NCBI GenBank assembly: GCA_029261555.1
Contig: JAJDBB010000096.1
Span: 35,623 to 99,622, forward strand
Direction: 5' to 3'
DNA length: 64,000 nt
Source of the DNA: Nitrospinaceae bacterium
GTDB lineage: Bacteria; Nitrospinota; Nitrospinia; Nitrospinales; JACRGP01
Shown: positions 18,992 to 28,826 of the stretch, piece after piece
Position numbering within the stretch: position 1 is the first letter of the stretch
Layout: the number at the start of each line of letters is the position of its first letter
Made by a program: the position numbers and the translations under genes
Notes under the pieces: generated by a model
Database searches by the model: none
What the model saw: only the letters and a program-made list of their open reading frames with translations
What the model was told of the DNA's origin: nothing

Positions 18992-19456
18992 ATGCCGCAC
19001 AATCTGAACGTGGTTCTGGTGGAACCACAAATACCGCCCAATACGGGTTCCATCGGCAGGTTGTGCCTGGCAACGGGGACGACTCTGCACCTGGTCGAAC
19101 CCATGGGGTTTAAAATTGATCATAGCAAACTCAGGCGGGCGGGGCTTGATTATTGGCAATACTTGCAGGTACGCCAGCACCAAAACCTGGAGGCGTTCTG
19201 GAAAGCCATTCCTCCCGATGCGCCGCGAATATTTTTTTCTAAAAAAGCGAGCGCGCCTTTTTATGAACACAAGTTTCTTCCTGAGAGTTATTTGATTTTT
19301 GGCAGCGAGACCGAAGGGCTTTCGGAGGCGCTGTTGGAAAAAAATTCAGGCAACGCGTATTGCATTCCGCAATACGACGAGCGCGTCCGGTCGTTGAATC
19401 TGGCAAACGCGGTGAGCGTGGCGGTGTACGAGGCGATCCGGCAGTTGGGGTATTGA
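18992..19456 (+). CDS. trmL: tRNA (cytidine/uridine-2'-O)-methyltransferase TrmL (SpoU family)
   Basis: NVVLVEPQIPPNTGSIGRLC...LIFGSETEGL...SLNLANAVSVAVYEA. Confidence 0.85.
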   Translation: MPHNLNVVLVEPQIPPNTGSIGRLCLATGTTLHLVEPMGFKIDHSKLRRAGLDYWQYLQVRQHQNLEAFWKAIPPDAPRIFFSKKASAPFYEHKFLPESYLIFGSETEGLSEALLEKNSGNAYCIPQYDERVRSLNLANAVSVAVYEAIRQLGY

Positions 19457-19478
19457 AGCGGCGCCAGGCCGAATGGCG

Positions 19479-19841
19479 TTAGAATTCGGACTGGTCTTCT
19501 TCCAGCATATCGTCTTCAAACAGGTTTTCAAGAGTCTCGCGGTCGCTCGTGTGGGTGTCCAAGCGGTCGGCGTGTTCTATGTATTCGTTGATGCGCTGAA
19601 GTAGTTCCGGGGAAATATTACAAAACACGAGCCTCTGCTGGACGGCTGTTTTTTCAAAATAATTCATCAGTCTGCCGAAAGCTTCTTTAAGAAAGGGGAA
19701 GAGAATGGTCTTCACGCCGGTAAAATCGAGTTCGACCGATTCCTTGTTTTTCAGGCGGGGGAAAATCATGCCGTACAGCTTTTTTCCTTGCAACAAGTCC
19801 CGGCAATCCTCCCCGAACAGTTCGTGTAGCAAAATTTTCAT
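19479..19841 (-). CDS. STAS-like DUF4325 protein
   Basis: VELDFTGVKTILFPFLKEAFGRL resembles the DUF4325 pattern. The call is tentative. Confidence 0.4.
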   Translation of the reverse strand: MKILLHELFGEDCRDLLQGKKLYGMIFPRLKNKESVELDFTGVKTILFPFLKEAFGRLMNYFEKTAVQQRLVFCNISPELLQRINEYIEHADRLDTHTSDRETLENLFEDDMLEEDQSEF

Positions 19842-19935
19842 GAAGGTTGAAGCTCCTTTAAGCGCAATTAATTGAAGTTGAATTATACCTTTTTTCCTGG
19901 CCGTCTTGCTTGGTCGTCTAAATTTAAAAAGTCAG

Positions 19936-21081
19936 CTAAACCCGACCGCATGCCGTGATCTCCTCGCGGTTGTGATAAAGCTGTTTTACGGAGTAAAACT
20001 CCAGGTCTCTGGCGTCCAGGCTTGCCTTGAGTTCTTCGACAAAGTCGACGGGATTGTTTTGCGGAAGTTTGAAAATGACAATGAAATTTCTCGTCCACTT
20101 TTTGTCGATCCAATTTAACAATAATTCGAGGGTTTGGCTTGGGGGCCTCAGCATATCGCAACAAAGCCAGTCGAAAGATGGCTCGCCATTCTGTGGGGCA
20201 AAGGTCATGCCGTCGGTTTGCTGGACGGTTAGGGAGCCCGGCAGTCGGTCTAGGTTTTTGATTCGCACTTCGCCCCTGTCCACGGCGGTCACGCGGCATC
20301 CCTGTTTGAGCAGGTAATGGGTCCAGCCTCCCGGCGCGGCGCCGAGGTCGACGGCGGTTTCTCCGTCTGAGGGCGGACGGGGAAGGCGCGCCGCAGCTTC
20401 GCATATTTTTAAATACGAACGCGAGGGCGACTCGGGATCGAATTTCATTCTTTGTTCGCCGCCGGGATAAGGATGTATGCGGGGGGTTTTTGTTGCGATG
20501 GAAACGTAAACATGGTCGGCGCGGTCCATGCAAAATTGCGCGACCATGAATGGGTCGTCCGGGCCAAGCGTCGCAGGCGGCGCGTAGCGCCGGTACATTT
20601 TGCCGAATCGTTTTTTGAGCTGTTCGAGAACGACCTTTTCGATATTTTTTACCCGTTTGCGAAGAGATTTGAATTCGTCGACGTCCGGGGTGAAAGCGTG
20701 CAGGGTCCAGGGCAGCGGAGACGGGTCGATTATCGGGAAATGGTCGTGAATGATTTTTCGCGCGACGGTTTTAAGGGATTCAATTTCCAGGGACGACGCC
20801 GGAGCCAGTCGCTGGCGCTCAAAAACGAAATCGGTTTTTTCCAACAGCGCCCGCTGGTCGGGGTCGAGTTCCGTCAAACAGACCAGTCCCAGGTCGGCCC
20901 GGTTGATTGACTGAGGCTTGACGGGGGTTCTCGCATTTTGCAAACCGGATTGGATTTCCCGCAGCAGGGTTTTTTCAAAGCCGGGGCGGCACACAAACAA
21001 AAACGAAGGAATCGCTTTTTTCGTCTGGGAAAGCTCTGCCGGAAGGAAATTTTTTTTCAGGTTCTCCATGATGGACGGCAT
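19936..21081 (-). CDS. rlmM: 23S rRNA (cytidine-2'-O)-methyltransferase RlmM-like
   Basis: SAM motif AVDLGAAPGGWT, followed by WLCCDM...FKLP as in RlmM. The 381-aa protein also has an N-terminal THUMP-like part. Confidence 0.75.
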   Translation of the reverse strand: MPSIMENLKKNFLPAELSQTKKAIPSFLFVCRPGFEKTLLREIQSGLQNARTPVKPQSINRADLGLVCLTELDPDQRALLEKTDFVFERQRLAPASSLEIESLKTVARKIIHDHFPIIDPSPLPWTLHAFTPDVDEFKSLRKRVKNIEKVVLEQLKKRFGKMYRRYAPPATLGPDDPFMVAQFCMDRADHVYVSIATKTPRIHPYPGGEQRMKFDPESPSRSYLKICEAAARLPRPPSDGETAVDLGAAPGGWTHYLLKQGCRVTAVDRGEVRIKNLDRLPGSLTVQQTDGMTFAPQNGEPSFDWLCCDMLRPPSQTLELLLNWIDKKWTRNFIVIFKLPQNNPVDFVEELKASLDARDLEFYSVKQLYHNREEITACGRV

Positions 21082-21098
21082 TATAATAATGTCCGCGT

Positions 21099-21117
21099 AG
21101 TTTAAGGAAAAATATTT
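21099..21117. repeat. 19-nt copy of a dispersed intergenic motif (AGTTTAAGGAAAAATATTT)
   Basis: Identical to 58846-58864 and related (reverse complement) to the tandem repeat at 35.1-35.4 kb. It lies in the divergent rlmM/kinase intergenic region and overlaps the inverted repeat GGAAAA-ATA-TTTTCC. Confidence 0.6.
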
Positions 21118-21173
21118 TCCAAAGTTTTTTTGCAGGCCCTCAATCCCAAAAATTATTATCAGGCATTTTTACG

Positions 21174-23165
21174 ATGACCTTGTCCGACAATAAATTCAAT
21201 CGACTAGGAAACTCCCTGGGATTTTTGTTGGCCGTCGGGGCGGTGATGCTGGACAAGTTGTCTCCCGTGTCAGCAGGAGGCGGGCCGGTTTTCGCCGTGC
21301 TTGCCATTTTGGGTTTGATCCTTGGAAGCAGGAAAGCGGTTCTGGTTGGCGCCATGCTTGGGTTTGCGCTGGTTCTTTTCGGGGCTTTTTATTATTTTCC
21401 GGATCGGGTCGAGGAGCAGGCTTTGATCTATCCTTTTCTGAGCCTGGTCATGATGGGCGGGGCCGGCTATCTTTGTTTGCTGGGGATGAATCCTAGGGCG
21501 GATTCTTCGGAGGCGCATAAGGACCGGGAGGCAGAGTTCCCAGGCCGTTTAAACCAATTGGAAGACGCATTGGATCAATCTGAGAAGGATCGGGACACGA
21601 TTCAACTGCATAAAGACGTCGCTATGTTTTCCAATGAAAATCGTCCGGTGGAAGAGGCCATGCATTTTGGAATCGAGCGGGTGTGCAAAGAGACGGGCTG
21701 GCCGGTGGGACATGTGTATTTTCCCAAAAGCGGCTCCATGGATAAGTTGCTTCCCTCTGGAATCTGGTATCTGGAGGATGCGGCGCGCTTTGAAACTTTC
21801 CGAAAAATAACTGAAGACACTCCATTGACCTCGGGCGAGGGTCTTCCGGGGAGAGTGACGTCTAGCGGAAAGCCCGCGTGGATCATGGACGTCACCAAGG
21901 ATTCGAATTTTCCTCGCGCCAAGCTGGCCAAGGACATCGGCGTTCGCGCCGGGTTCGCGTTTCCCATTCTCATTGAAAAGGAAGTGGTCGGGGTGATGGA
22001 GTTTTTTTCGGAACAGGCCGCAGAGCCGGACGCGGTTTTGTTAGAAACCATGGGCAATATTGGAACCCAGCTGGGACGAGTTTTGGAACGGCACCGCTCG
22101 CAAAACGAACAAAAGATTCTGCTCGGAAAACTTGAGGGGCGAATCAAGGAATTAAAATGCATGTACGACGCCACCAACCTTATCCGAACGGCGGCGAACA
22201 TCGAGGACGTTTTTAACTCCCTCGGCGCCGTTATTGCCCTGGGATTGAGATACCCGGATAGCGTCTGCGTTAAAATTATTTTTGACGATCGGCAATATGT
22301 CACAAGGAATTTTGAAACGACGCCTTGGAAATACGCCGGGGATATTATCGTCGAAGGCGAGAACCGGGGCCGCATTGACGTGTACTATCATGAGTCTGGA
22401 GTGGATAAGGGTTCGAATGAAATTTTGGAGGAAGAGCGTGCGCTCATCAATAATCTGGCTAATTTACTGAGCGAATCTATAAAAACCAATCAGGCCCAGG
22501 CGCAACGGGAGACGTCCAGAAAGCAGTTGCGAAAATTGTATAATCGCCTCGAACTGGTGCGCGAGGAGGAGCGCAAGAGAATCGCCCGCGAGGTTCACGA
22601 CGAACTGGGCCAGGTGTTGACCACTTTGAAACTGGAATTGTCGCTTCTCGAAGGCAAGCTGGATAAGGAGGATAATGACTATGGAGAGAACACGGGGTTT
22701 ATGCGAGGATTAATTGATGATACTATTCAAGCGGTGAAGCAAATCTCGTCGGATTTGCGTCCTCCCATTCTAGACGTCCTGGGTTTGATCGAGGCGTTGC
22801 GTTGGCAGGGGCAGGAGTTTGCCAAGCGGACCGGAATTAGATTTGAATTGCAAACCGATCCCGAGGAAATTCGCCTCGATTCCGAGCGATCCACCACCTT
22901 ATTTCGGATTTTTCAGGAAACCCTGACCAATGTCGCCCGTCACGCAAAAGCCCGTAATGTCAAGGTGACTATAATCGAGCGTGAAGGAAACTTGGAAATG
23001 CGCGTGCGGGACGATGGAATAGGAATTGGAAAGGAAAAAGAAGGCGACCCGCATTCCCTGGGACTTTTGGGTATTCGCGAGAGAGTTCTGGTTTGGAATG
23101 GACGAGTGGAATTCATCGGCGTCCCTGGAGAGGGCACGACTGTAACTATTGACATTAAACTATAG
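21174..23165 (+). CDS. Sensor histidine kinase, membrane N-terminus + GAF-like regions + HisKA_3/HATPase
   Basis: Hydrophobic N-terminus and a NarX/DegS-type H-box (REVHDELGQ). ATPase motifs are DDGIGI and GLLGIRERV. Confidence 0.85.
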   Translation: MTLSDNKFNRLGNSLGFLLAVGAVMLDKLSPVSAGGGPVFAVLAILGLILGSRKAVLVGAMLGFALVLFGAFYYFPDRVEEQALIYPFLSLVMMGGAGYLCLLGMNPRADSSEAHKDREAEFPGRLNQLEDALDQSEKDRDTIQLHKDVAMFSNENRPVEEAMHFGIERVCKETGWPVGHVYFPKSGSMDKLLPSGIWYLEDAARFETFRKITEDTPLTSGEGLPGRVTSSGKPAWIMDVTKDSNFPRAKLAKDIGVRAGFAFPILIEKEVVGVMEFFSEQAAEPDAVLLETMGNIGTQLGRVLERHRSQNEQKILLGKLEGRIKELKCMYDATNLIRTAANIEDVFNSLGAVIALGLRYPDSVCVKIIFDDRQYVTRNFETTPWKYAGDIIVEGENRGRIDVYYHESGVDKGSNEILEEERALINNLANLLSESIKTNQAQAQRETSRKQLRKLYNRLELVREEERKRIAREVHDELGQVLTTLKLELSLLEGKLDKEDNDYGENTGFMRGLIDDTIQAVKQISSDLRPPILDVLGLIEALRWQGQEFAKRTGIRFELQTDPEEIRLDSERSTTLFRIFQETLTNVARHAKARNVKVTIIEREGNLEMRVRDDGIGIGKEKEGDPHSLGLLGIRERVLVWNGRVEFIGVPGEGTTVTIDIKL

Positions 23166-23171
23166 GAAATT

Positions 23172-23819
23172 ATGGTTGCGCAAGCGAGCAAGAAAATTGA
23201 AATTTTAATTGCCGACGATCATCCCGTATTCCGCCAGGGGTTGAAACGCGTGCTTTTGGAAACTTCGGATCTACACGTTGCGGAGGAGGCGGGATGTTGC
23301 AACGAACTATTGGATAAAGTCCGGGAACAGAATTTCGATATCATCCTTTTGGACATCTCCATGTCCGGAACCAACGCCCTGGATACCTTGAAGCAGTTGA
23401 AAATCGAAAAACCCAAATTGCCCATTCTGATGGTCAGCGTTTATCCAGAAGAGCATTACGCCGTCCGGTTTATGAAAGCGGGCGCGGCGGGATATGTCAA
23501 CAAAGAGAGTTCGCCGGAGGAGTTGCTGGAGGCCGTGCGTAAAGTTTCCTCCGGAGGCAAGTACATGAGTTTCGCTCTAAAGGAACGTTTGGCGTTCGAT
23601 TTTTCCGACAGCGACAAACAGCCCCACGAGTTGCTCTCCGACCGGGAGTATCAGGTTTTTTGCATGATCTCCTCGGGCCAATCGCTCACGCTGATCGCCA
23701 AAGAGCTTTGCCTGAGCGTCAAGACCGTGGGAACCCACCGGACCCACATCCTGGAAAAAATGAAAATGAAAAACAACGCCCAGTTGATTCAGTACGCGAT
23801 TCTCAATCAGATTATTTGA
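23172..23819 (+). CDS. NarL/FixJ-family response regulator (REC + LuxR HTH)
   Basis: ILIADDHPVFRQG...DIILLDISMSG, with LSDREYQVFCMISSGQSLTLIAKELCLSVKTVGTHRTHILEKM. Confidence 0.9.
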   Translation: MVAQASKKIEILIADDHPVFRQGLKRVLLETSDLHVAEEAGCCNELLDKVREQNFDIILLDISMSGTNALDTLKQLKIEKPKLPILMVSVYPEEHYAVRFMKAGAAGYVNKESSPEELLEAVRKVSSGGKYMSFALKERLAFDFSDSDKQPHELLSDREYQVFCMISSGQSLTLIAKELCLSVKTVGTHRTHILEKMKMKNNAQLIQYAILNQII

Positions 23820-23861
23820 CTTAAAACGGACTGCCAGGGTCGGCAACGCGAGACCGGGAAA

Positions 23862-25433
23862 TTATATTCCCCTTTGCTGGAAGTTTTTGAATCGGGCGAG
23901 GGACGCCGGGGTGAGGCTGCTGGGATTGCGCCTTATGGCCTGCGCCACATGGTCGTTGGAGATAAACAGTTTTCCTTCTTTCAACGCCATGCGCGCCGAT
24001 TCGTCGGCAATGTGATTGATGTCGCTGAACGGATAGCCTTCCAAAGCTCGGGCGAATTTTTTGACGTCGATTTTTTCCACCGGCCGATCTTTAAAGTACA
24101 TTTGCAAAGCTTGTTCTCGAGCATCCAGGTCGGGAGGGCCGACAAAAATCATTTTGTCCAGGCGACCGGGTCGCCGGATGGCCTCGTCGATTTTTTCAGG
24201 TTCGTTGGTGGCGGCGATCACAAAAATCTTTTTCGCCGAACATTCGTTCAAATGAACCAGAAACTCAGTCACCTCTTCCGCCTTGTGCTGTTGTTGGCCC
24301 GTCAACTCGCCCCGTTTTGGAACGAGGCCTTCAAATTCGTCTATGAACAACAGCGAGGGCGCCTTCTCCGCAGCTTCCTTAAAGATATCGCGAATCGCCA
24401 GAACCGTGCCGTGGATGTAAACGCTGCCGATGCTTGAGGCCATCACCTCGTGGAAATTCCATCCCAACTCCTCGGACAATTGTTTGGCGATGTAGGTTTT
24501 CCCGCAACCCGGAGGGCCGTAGAGCAAGACGCCGTTGGGGGCGGATAGTCGAAAACGCTTGTACAGCGCCGGGTCGCGCATGGGTCGTATCACTTCGTGG
24601 AACAAAAGTTGTTTGAGCGAGTTCATTCCCGCGACCTTGCCCAGTCCCTTGAACGACAATAACGGCAGGTCGGCGGGCGATTCCTTCGCGACGGTCTGCG
24701 CCGACGTTTTGTTTTTCTGGAGGGCGTATATTTCATCCAGGTTTTTATAGACGTCCGCCAGCCTGGGATTGATTTTTAGCGCCTGTTTGTAAGATTTGAC
24801 GGCTTCGTCGTATTTTTCCAGTTTGGAATAGGCGTAACCCAGATTGCCGTACGCCTCGGCGGAACCGGGCTGGAGTTTGATGCATTTGCGAAACTCCGGA
24901 ATCGCCTCGGCATGCCAGTTGACCTGGCAGTAGGCAAACCCCAGGTAGAAATAAGCCGAACCATTTTCCGGGTTCGCCTGAATCGACTGTTTGAGGCTGG
25001 CCATGGCCTCGCCGTGTTGTTGCATTCGTTGGTAGGCTCGCCCCAAGTTGAAATGAAAATCGGAATTTTTTGGGGCAAGCTCCGCCGCTTTGGAAAACAT
25101 TTTTACGGCCTCGTCGAAATTTTTCAATCCGACATTGGCCTCGCCTAATCCGTTGTAAGCGTCGGCGCTGTTGGGACTGATTTTTAGAATGTGCGAAAAA
25201 TTTTCAATCGCAAGGTCGTGGCGCCGCAAGTCCAGATACAATGAACCCAGAGAAAAATAAACTGCCGGATTGGCCTGCAGGCGAATAGCTTCTTTAAAAT
25301 GCTGGATGGCTTGCTGGAAGTATTTTAATTTCTTATATTCGAAACCGAGCTTGTAATGAGCGTCCACGTCTCGTGGGTTTTCCTTTAAAGCGGTTTTGAA
25401 GTTTTTTATATCGCTCATAGGATTTGGACTCAC
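23862..25433 (-). CDS. TPR-repeat protein fused to a classic-clade AAA+ ATPase
   Basis: About 250 aa of TPR repeats, then Walker A GPPGCGKT, Walker B LLFIDEFE and the AAA second region of homology (VIAATNEPEKIDEAIRRPGRLD). Confidence 0.85.
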   Translation of the reverse strand: MSPNPMSDIKNFKTALKENPRDVDAHYKLGFEYKKLKYFQQAIQHFKEAIRLQANPAVYFSLGSLYLDLRRHDLAIENFSHILKISPNSADAYNGLGEANVGLKNFDEAVKMFSKAAELAPKNSDFHFNLGRAYQRMQQHGEAMASLKQSIQANPENGSAYFYLGFAYCQVNWHAEAIPEFRKCIKLQPGSAEAYGNLGYAYSKLEKYDEAVKSYKQALKINPRLADVYKNLDEIYALQKNKTSAQTVAKESPADLPLLSFKGLGKVAGMNSLKQLLFHEVIRPMRDPALYKRFRLSAPNGVLLYGPPGCGKTYIAKQLSEELGWNFHEVMASSIGSVYIHGTVLAIRDIFKEAAEKAPSLLFIDEFEGLVPKRGELTGQQQHKAEEVTEFLVHLNECSAKKIFVIAATNEPEKIDEAIRRPGRLDKMIFVGPPDLDAREQALQMYFKDRPVEKIDVKKFARALEGYPFSDINHIADESARMALKEGKLFISNDHVAQAIRRNPSSLTPASLARFKNFQQRGI

Positions 25434-25489
25434 AACCCGGAAAGCCCCGGGGCGCTAAACTCAATTAGAACGCGGTCTGCTTAGAATAT

Positions 25490-25511
25490 AACCCTTTGAA
25501 TTTAAAGGGTT
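25490..25511. promoter_or_regulatory. Perfect 8-bp inverted repeat AACCCTTT-N6-AAAGGGTT in a divergent intergenic region
   Basis: Read directly from the sequence. It lies between the TPR-AAA gene (minus) and the small Cys-rich ORF (plus). It is a candidate operator; function unknown. Confidence 0.25.
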
Positions 25512-25629
25512 AATATTTGTTTGTCAAGCGTCTTTATTGAAAACCCGCTTTGGGTGGTTTAAATTTGCCGGAGTTTGTTTAATCGATAGATCAAGAAATT
25601 CTAACTTTAATAACCACGAGGGGAAAATT

Positions 25630-25935
25630 ATGAAAAACAAAAAATATATTTTTGGCAGCTCAATTGGACTGTTTGTTTTGGCCGCCTTATTTTGGGCTTT
25701 AAATGTTCCAGCAACCATGGCGGATTCGGGGCAGCCTTTCACAGACCGCGACCGTTGCGTTTGCGCTCAACCAAAACAGCTAAGCATGGACGAGGACGAC
25801 GCCAACGAAACGCAACTGCTCGAAAGCAAATTATTTCATTGTCAATGCGGCGGATTGGAATGCGTGATTGCCAAAGGATCGTTTGGCGGCATGGGCGGGC
25901 GCGGCAAAAACTACGGGATTTCCTGCGTCAAGTAA
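25630..25935 (+). CDS. Small exported/anchored Cys-rich hypothetical protein (101 aa)
   Basis: ATG at 25630 is preceded by GAGGGGAAAA. It has a hydrophobic N-terminus (IFGSSIGLFVLAALFWALNV) and six Cys, including CVC and CQC pairs. Confidence 0.45.
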   Translation: MKNKKYIFGSSIGLFVLAALFWALNVPATMADSGQPFTDRDRCVCAQPKQLSMDEDDANETQLLESKLFHCQCGGLECVIAKGSFGGMGGRGKNYGISCVK

Positions 25936-25973
25936 CCCGGCGAGGAAATTGATCGGGAAGGGGAAAGGTTTTT

Positions 25974-27524
25974 TCAGGTCGAAGGTTTGTAGCCTTTCAC
26001 TCCGTCCAGCGTTGCGTTTTCGAAGTCGGCTCCTTCCAGGCAGGCTCCTGAAAGGTCGGCTTTTTTTAACGAAGCGTAGCCTAGCTTCGCGCCGTCGAGC
26101 GCCGTGTTGGAAAAGTCGGCGCCGTCCAGTTTTGATTTTTCCAGGTCGGCGCGTTGGAGGTTGGCGCCCTTGAGCTTTGCGTTTTCAAGAGTGGCTTCGC
26201 AAAATTTGGCTCCCGCGAATTGAGAGTTTTCCAGCACGGCGTCTTGGAGGTCGGCTTTTTGAAAATCCGCGCCAAAAAACAGAACGTTTGACGCCTGAGT
26301 TTCCCGCAAAATCGCTTCGGTAAAATTGGCGCGGCTGAGATCCGAACCGGTTAAATTGGCTTTGGTGAAATCGGCTCCCGTGAGGTCGGCGCCGCTCAAA
26401 TCGGAGTCTTCCAGGTCGACGCCTTCCAGTTTGGCGCGGCTCAATTGGGCCTTATCCAGCCTGGCTCCCTTTGCCTTGGCGTTGACGAGTTTGATTCTTC
26501 CCATGTTCGATCCAAACAATTTCACGTCGATCAAAATCGCGTCGTTGAGGTCGGCGATGCTGAGGTCGGATTCCGTAAGGTCCGCTCCCGTCAGGTCGGC
26601 GCGTCTGAGTATGCAACCGCTCATTTTAGCGCGGTACATGGCGGCGTTATGGAATCGGGATTTTGTCAATTCGGCGCTGGTGAAGTCGACGCGGCTGAGG
26701 TTGGCGTCTTTGAAATTTGCGGCCACTATCTTGGCGCCTTTTATTTGTGCCCGGTTTAAATTTGCGGATTCAAAATTGGATTCGAAAAACACCCCGACAC
26801 TCAATCTAGAGTCGCTCAGATCGGCTTTGAAAAAATTGGCGCCGTTAAAGTTGCCGCGCGAAAGATCGGCCTCCAGGATTTTAGCTTCGCTGAAGTCGCA
26901 CCCGGAGCAATCGGCTTTTTGCATTTGCACGTGTTGCAGGTTGGCTTCGGTCAAAACGGCGTCCTTCAATTTAGCGAGGTTGAGCACGGCGTTTTCCAGG
27001 GAGGCTTTGGAGAAGTTGGCGCCCGAGAGGTCGGCTGCCTTTAATACGATTTCATCAAGAACGGCCTCCTGGAAATTGGCTCCGGTCAGTATGGCTTCAG
27101 AGAAGTCGGCGTCTTCAAGCGTGCGATGGGAAAAATCCATCGCCGCCATATTGGCGGAAATGAACTTGGCTCCGCGGAAATTGACGTCCGTCAGATCGGC
27201 GTTCTCCAGATTGGCCTCGGTGAAATCCGCGTTTTCCAGATTGGCTTTGGAGAGATTGGCCCCCGAGAGGTCGGCTTCGTTGAAAAGCGCGTTTTCTAAA
27301 ACGGTTTCAGAAAGATTGGCGTCGGCGAGGACGGCTTGGGTGAAGTCTGCGTTTTCCAGATTGGATTTGGCGAAGTTGGCTCCGCTCAAGTCGGCTCCTA
27401 CTAGGGAAAGCTCGGATAAATCCAGATCCGACAAATCCTTCCCGGCGAGGGAAACGCGTTCCTCGCCTTCTGGAGGATCGTCCAAAAGCGTGTTCTCAAT
27501 TTCTTCTCGGGTCATGGTTGCCAT
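25974..27524 (-). CDS. Pentapeptide-repeat protein (516 aa)
   Basis: Almost the whole length is A(D/N)LxX-type repeats, e.g. ADLSGANFSKASLENAVLNLAKLKDAVLTEANLQ. Confidence 0.9.
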   Translation of the reverse strand: MATMTREEIENTLLDDPPEGEERVSLAGKDLSDLDLSELSLVGADLSGANFAKSNLENADFTQAVLADANLSETVLENALFNEADLSGANLSKANLENADFTEANLENADLTDVNFRGAKFISANMAAMDFSHRTLEDADFSEAILTGANFQEAVLDEIVLKAADLSGANFSKASLENAVLNLAKLKDAVLTEANLQHVQMQKADCSGCDFSEAKILEADLSRGNFNGANFFKADLSDSRLSVGVFFESNFESANLNRAQIKGAKIVAANFKDANLSRVDFTSAELTKSRFHNAAMYRAKMSGCILRRADLTGADLTESDLSIADLNDAILIDVKLFGSNMGRIKLVNAKAKGARLDKAQLSRAKLEGVDLEDSDLSGADLTGADFTKANLTGSDLSRANFTEAILRETQASNVLFFGADFQKADLQDAVLENSQFAGAKFCEATLENAKLKGANLQRADLEKSKLDGADFSNTALDGAKLGYASLKKADLSGACLEGADFENATLDGVKGYKPST

Positions 27525-27700
27525 AGTCTATAAAGCCTCAAACGAGGGAGATGAAAATATCTCCGGCCTCGGTTTTGGAGTTTAATAAAGAAGGAGCAGT
27601 TTCAGGTTGAATGGGCAACTTTATCCCAAGGCAGGAAAGAACACAATAGCGAAAAGTTTGGCGTTTGGGTGGGGATTTTGAGCGCAAGGTTTTTTTATTA

Positions 27701-28723
27701 CTACACGCAATAAGGAGGAACGCCTTCTTCCACCCAATCCCCCTTGCGTTCGGATTTCAGGTTTTGCTGATTCTTTAAAACCCCTGCCTTCATCAAGAGC
27801 CGCGACCGTTCAAACTTCTCCATGATGGCTTCGGCGCTGTCGGATAATAAATTCCCAAAGCCGGGTTGGCACTTCAAATTTCCCACGTCGCAACAGGGCG
27901 TCATCTCCCCGTCCAGGCGCACGGTCATGATGTCGACGCTTCCCTTCGCCGCCGGGCAATTCAGCAAGTATGGATCCTTGGGAAAGGGTATGGATTCCAT
28001 GGAGCGTCTCCCCTGGGGGTCGATCTTGAAGGCGGGAAGGAGGTTGATTCCCAAAGTGAAATTTTCCATATAGGCGAAGGCGCCCGTCTCCCCCATGTGG
28101 TGGGCGTACAATTCTTCGCCGCATTGGGAATGGTTCTCCGTTAGGTAGTCGATCTTTTGCAAATAGTCGTCCAGCAGTTGCGTGGCTTTATTGTAAGAAC
28201 CGCCGCGCGCGCTAAAAAAATCGCGGAGCAGACGAACCTGATCCCGCAGATCAGGAAGGCTAAAAAATACGACGTTGATCAGCAACTGGTTCTGGAGCTT
28301 CAACGTTTCCGCCAATAAAGGTTCCTGATATTTTTCCCAGGCGGTGGGATAGAGAGTGACGTCCACCCGCCCTCCCAGCTCCATGATTCCCGCCAGCCGC
28401 TTCCAGCGTTTGGAATCCTGCGCCGGAATTTCCAGGTTGGTGTGGATGCAAACGTTGGGCGTTACCGTTCGGAAAATTTTAAAAATTTCGACAACGTCGG
28501 GGTTTTGCGAAGCCTCGCCGCCCGTGAGGTTGATCTCTTGTTGGGCCAAGGCGGAAAGAACTTCCACCTGGGAAATTTTATCGGCCATCGTTTGAGCCTG
28601 GGCGGGGGAGAGGCGCCAGTCCGCGCTTTTAAAATGCGGCGTCAACGGCTCAAAGACGTGGCAGTCCACGCATTCGTCGCGCTCATAGCGGTTGCAACTA
28701 GCCTCTATAAAAATACTCAGCAC
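27701..28723 (-). CDS. Radical SAM-like enzyme with SPASM/twitch-like C-terminus and non-canonical CX7CX2C cluster motif
   Basis: GTG start. IFIEASCNRYERDECVDCH was verified from the DNA. There is a GGE motif (LTGGEASQNPD). The C-terminal CPAAKGSVDIMTVRLDGEMTPCC fits Cx9-15Gx4C. Confidence 0.55.
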   Translation of the reverse strand: MLSIFIEASCNRYERDECVDCHVFEPLTPHFKSADWRLSPAQAQTMADKISQVEVLSALAQQEINLTGGEASQNPDVVEIFKIFRTVTPNVCIHTNLEIPAQDSKRWKRLAGIMELGGRVDVTLYPTAWEKYQEPLLAETLKLQNQLLINVVFFSLPDLRDQVRLLRDFFSARGGSYNKATQLLDDYLQKIDYLTENHSQCGEELYAHHMGETGAFAYMENFTLGINLLPAFKIDPQGRRSMESIPFPKDPYLLNCPAAKGSVDIMTVRLDGEMTPCCDVGNLKCQPGFGNLLSDSAEAIMEKFERSRLLMKAGVLKNQQNLKSERKGDWVEEGVPPYCV

Positions 28724-28826
28724 GCGGTCGTTCCTGGAAAAAAGTTAATTTAGGCTCGTATTGATTTTATGCCCGCAAGCGTACAAATAAAAATAATTTC
28801 TATGGGTGGGATGGCCGCTTGCCGGT

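Noticed and set aside
19883-20533. 216-aa minus-strand ORF in another frame of rlmM. Similar internal or antisense ORFs occur at 1408-1998, 9539-10099, 34009-34746, 41612-42136 and 48462-49382
   Set aside because: All lie inside genes with strong family signatures. They have Arg/Pro/Gly-rich shadow-like composition and no independent start signals.
26326-27585. 419-aa plus-strand ORF with periodic Ser/Ala/Arg/Leu-rich sequence
   Set aside because: It is the antisense shadow of the pentapeptide-repeat gene (25974-27524). The 15-nt codon periodicity keeps the opposite strand open. The product is low complexity and has no RBS, whereas the minus-strand product belongs to a recognisable family.
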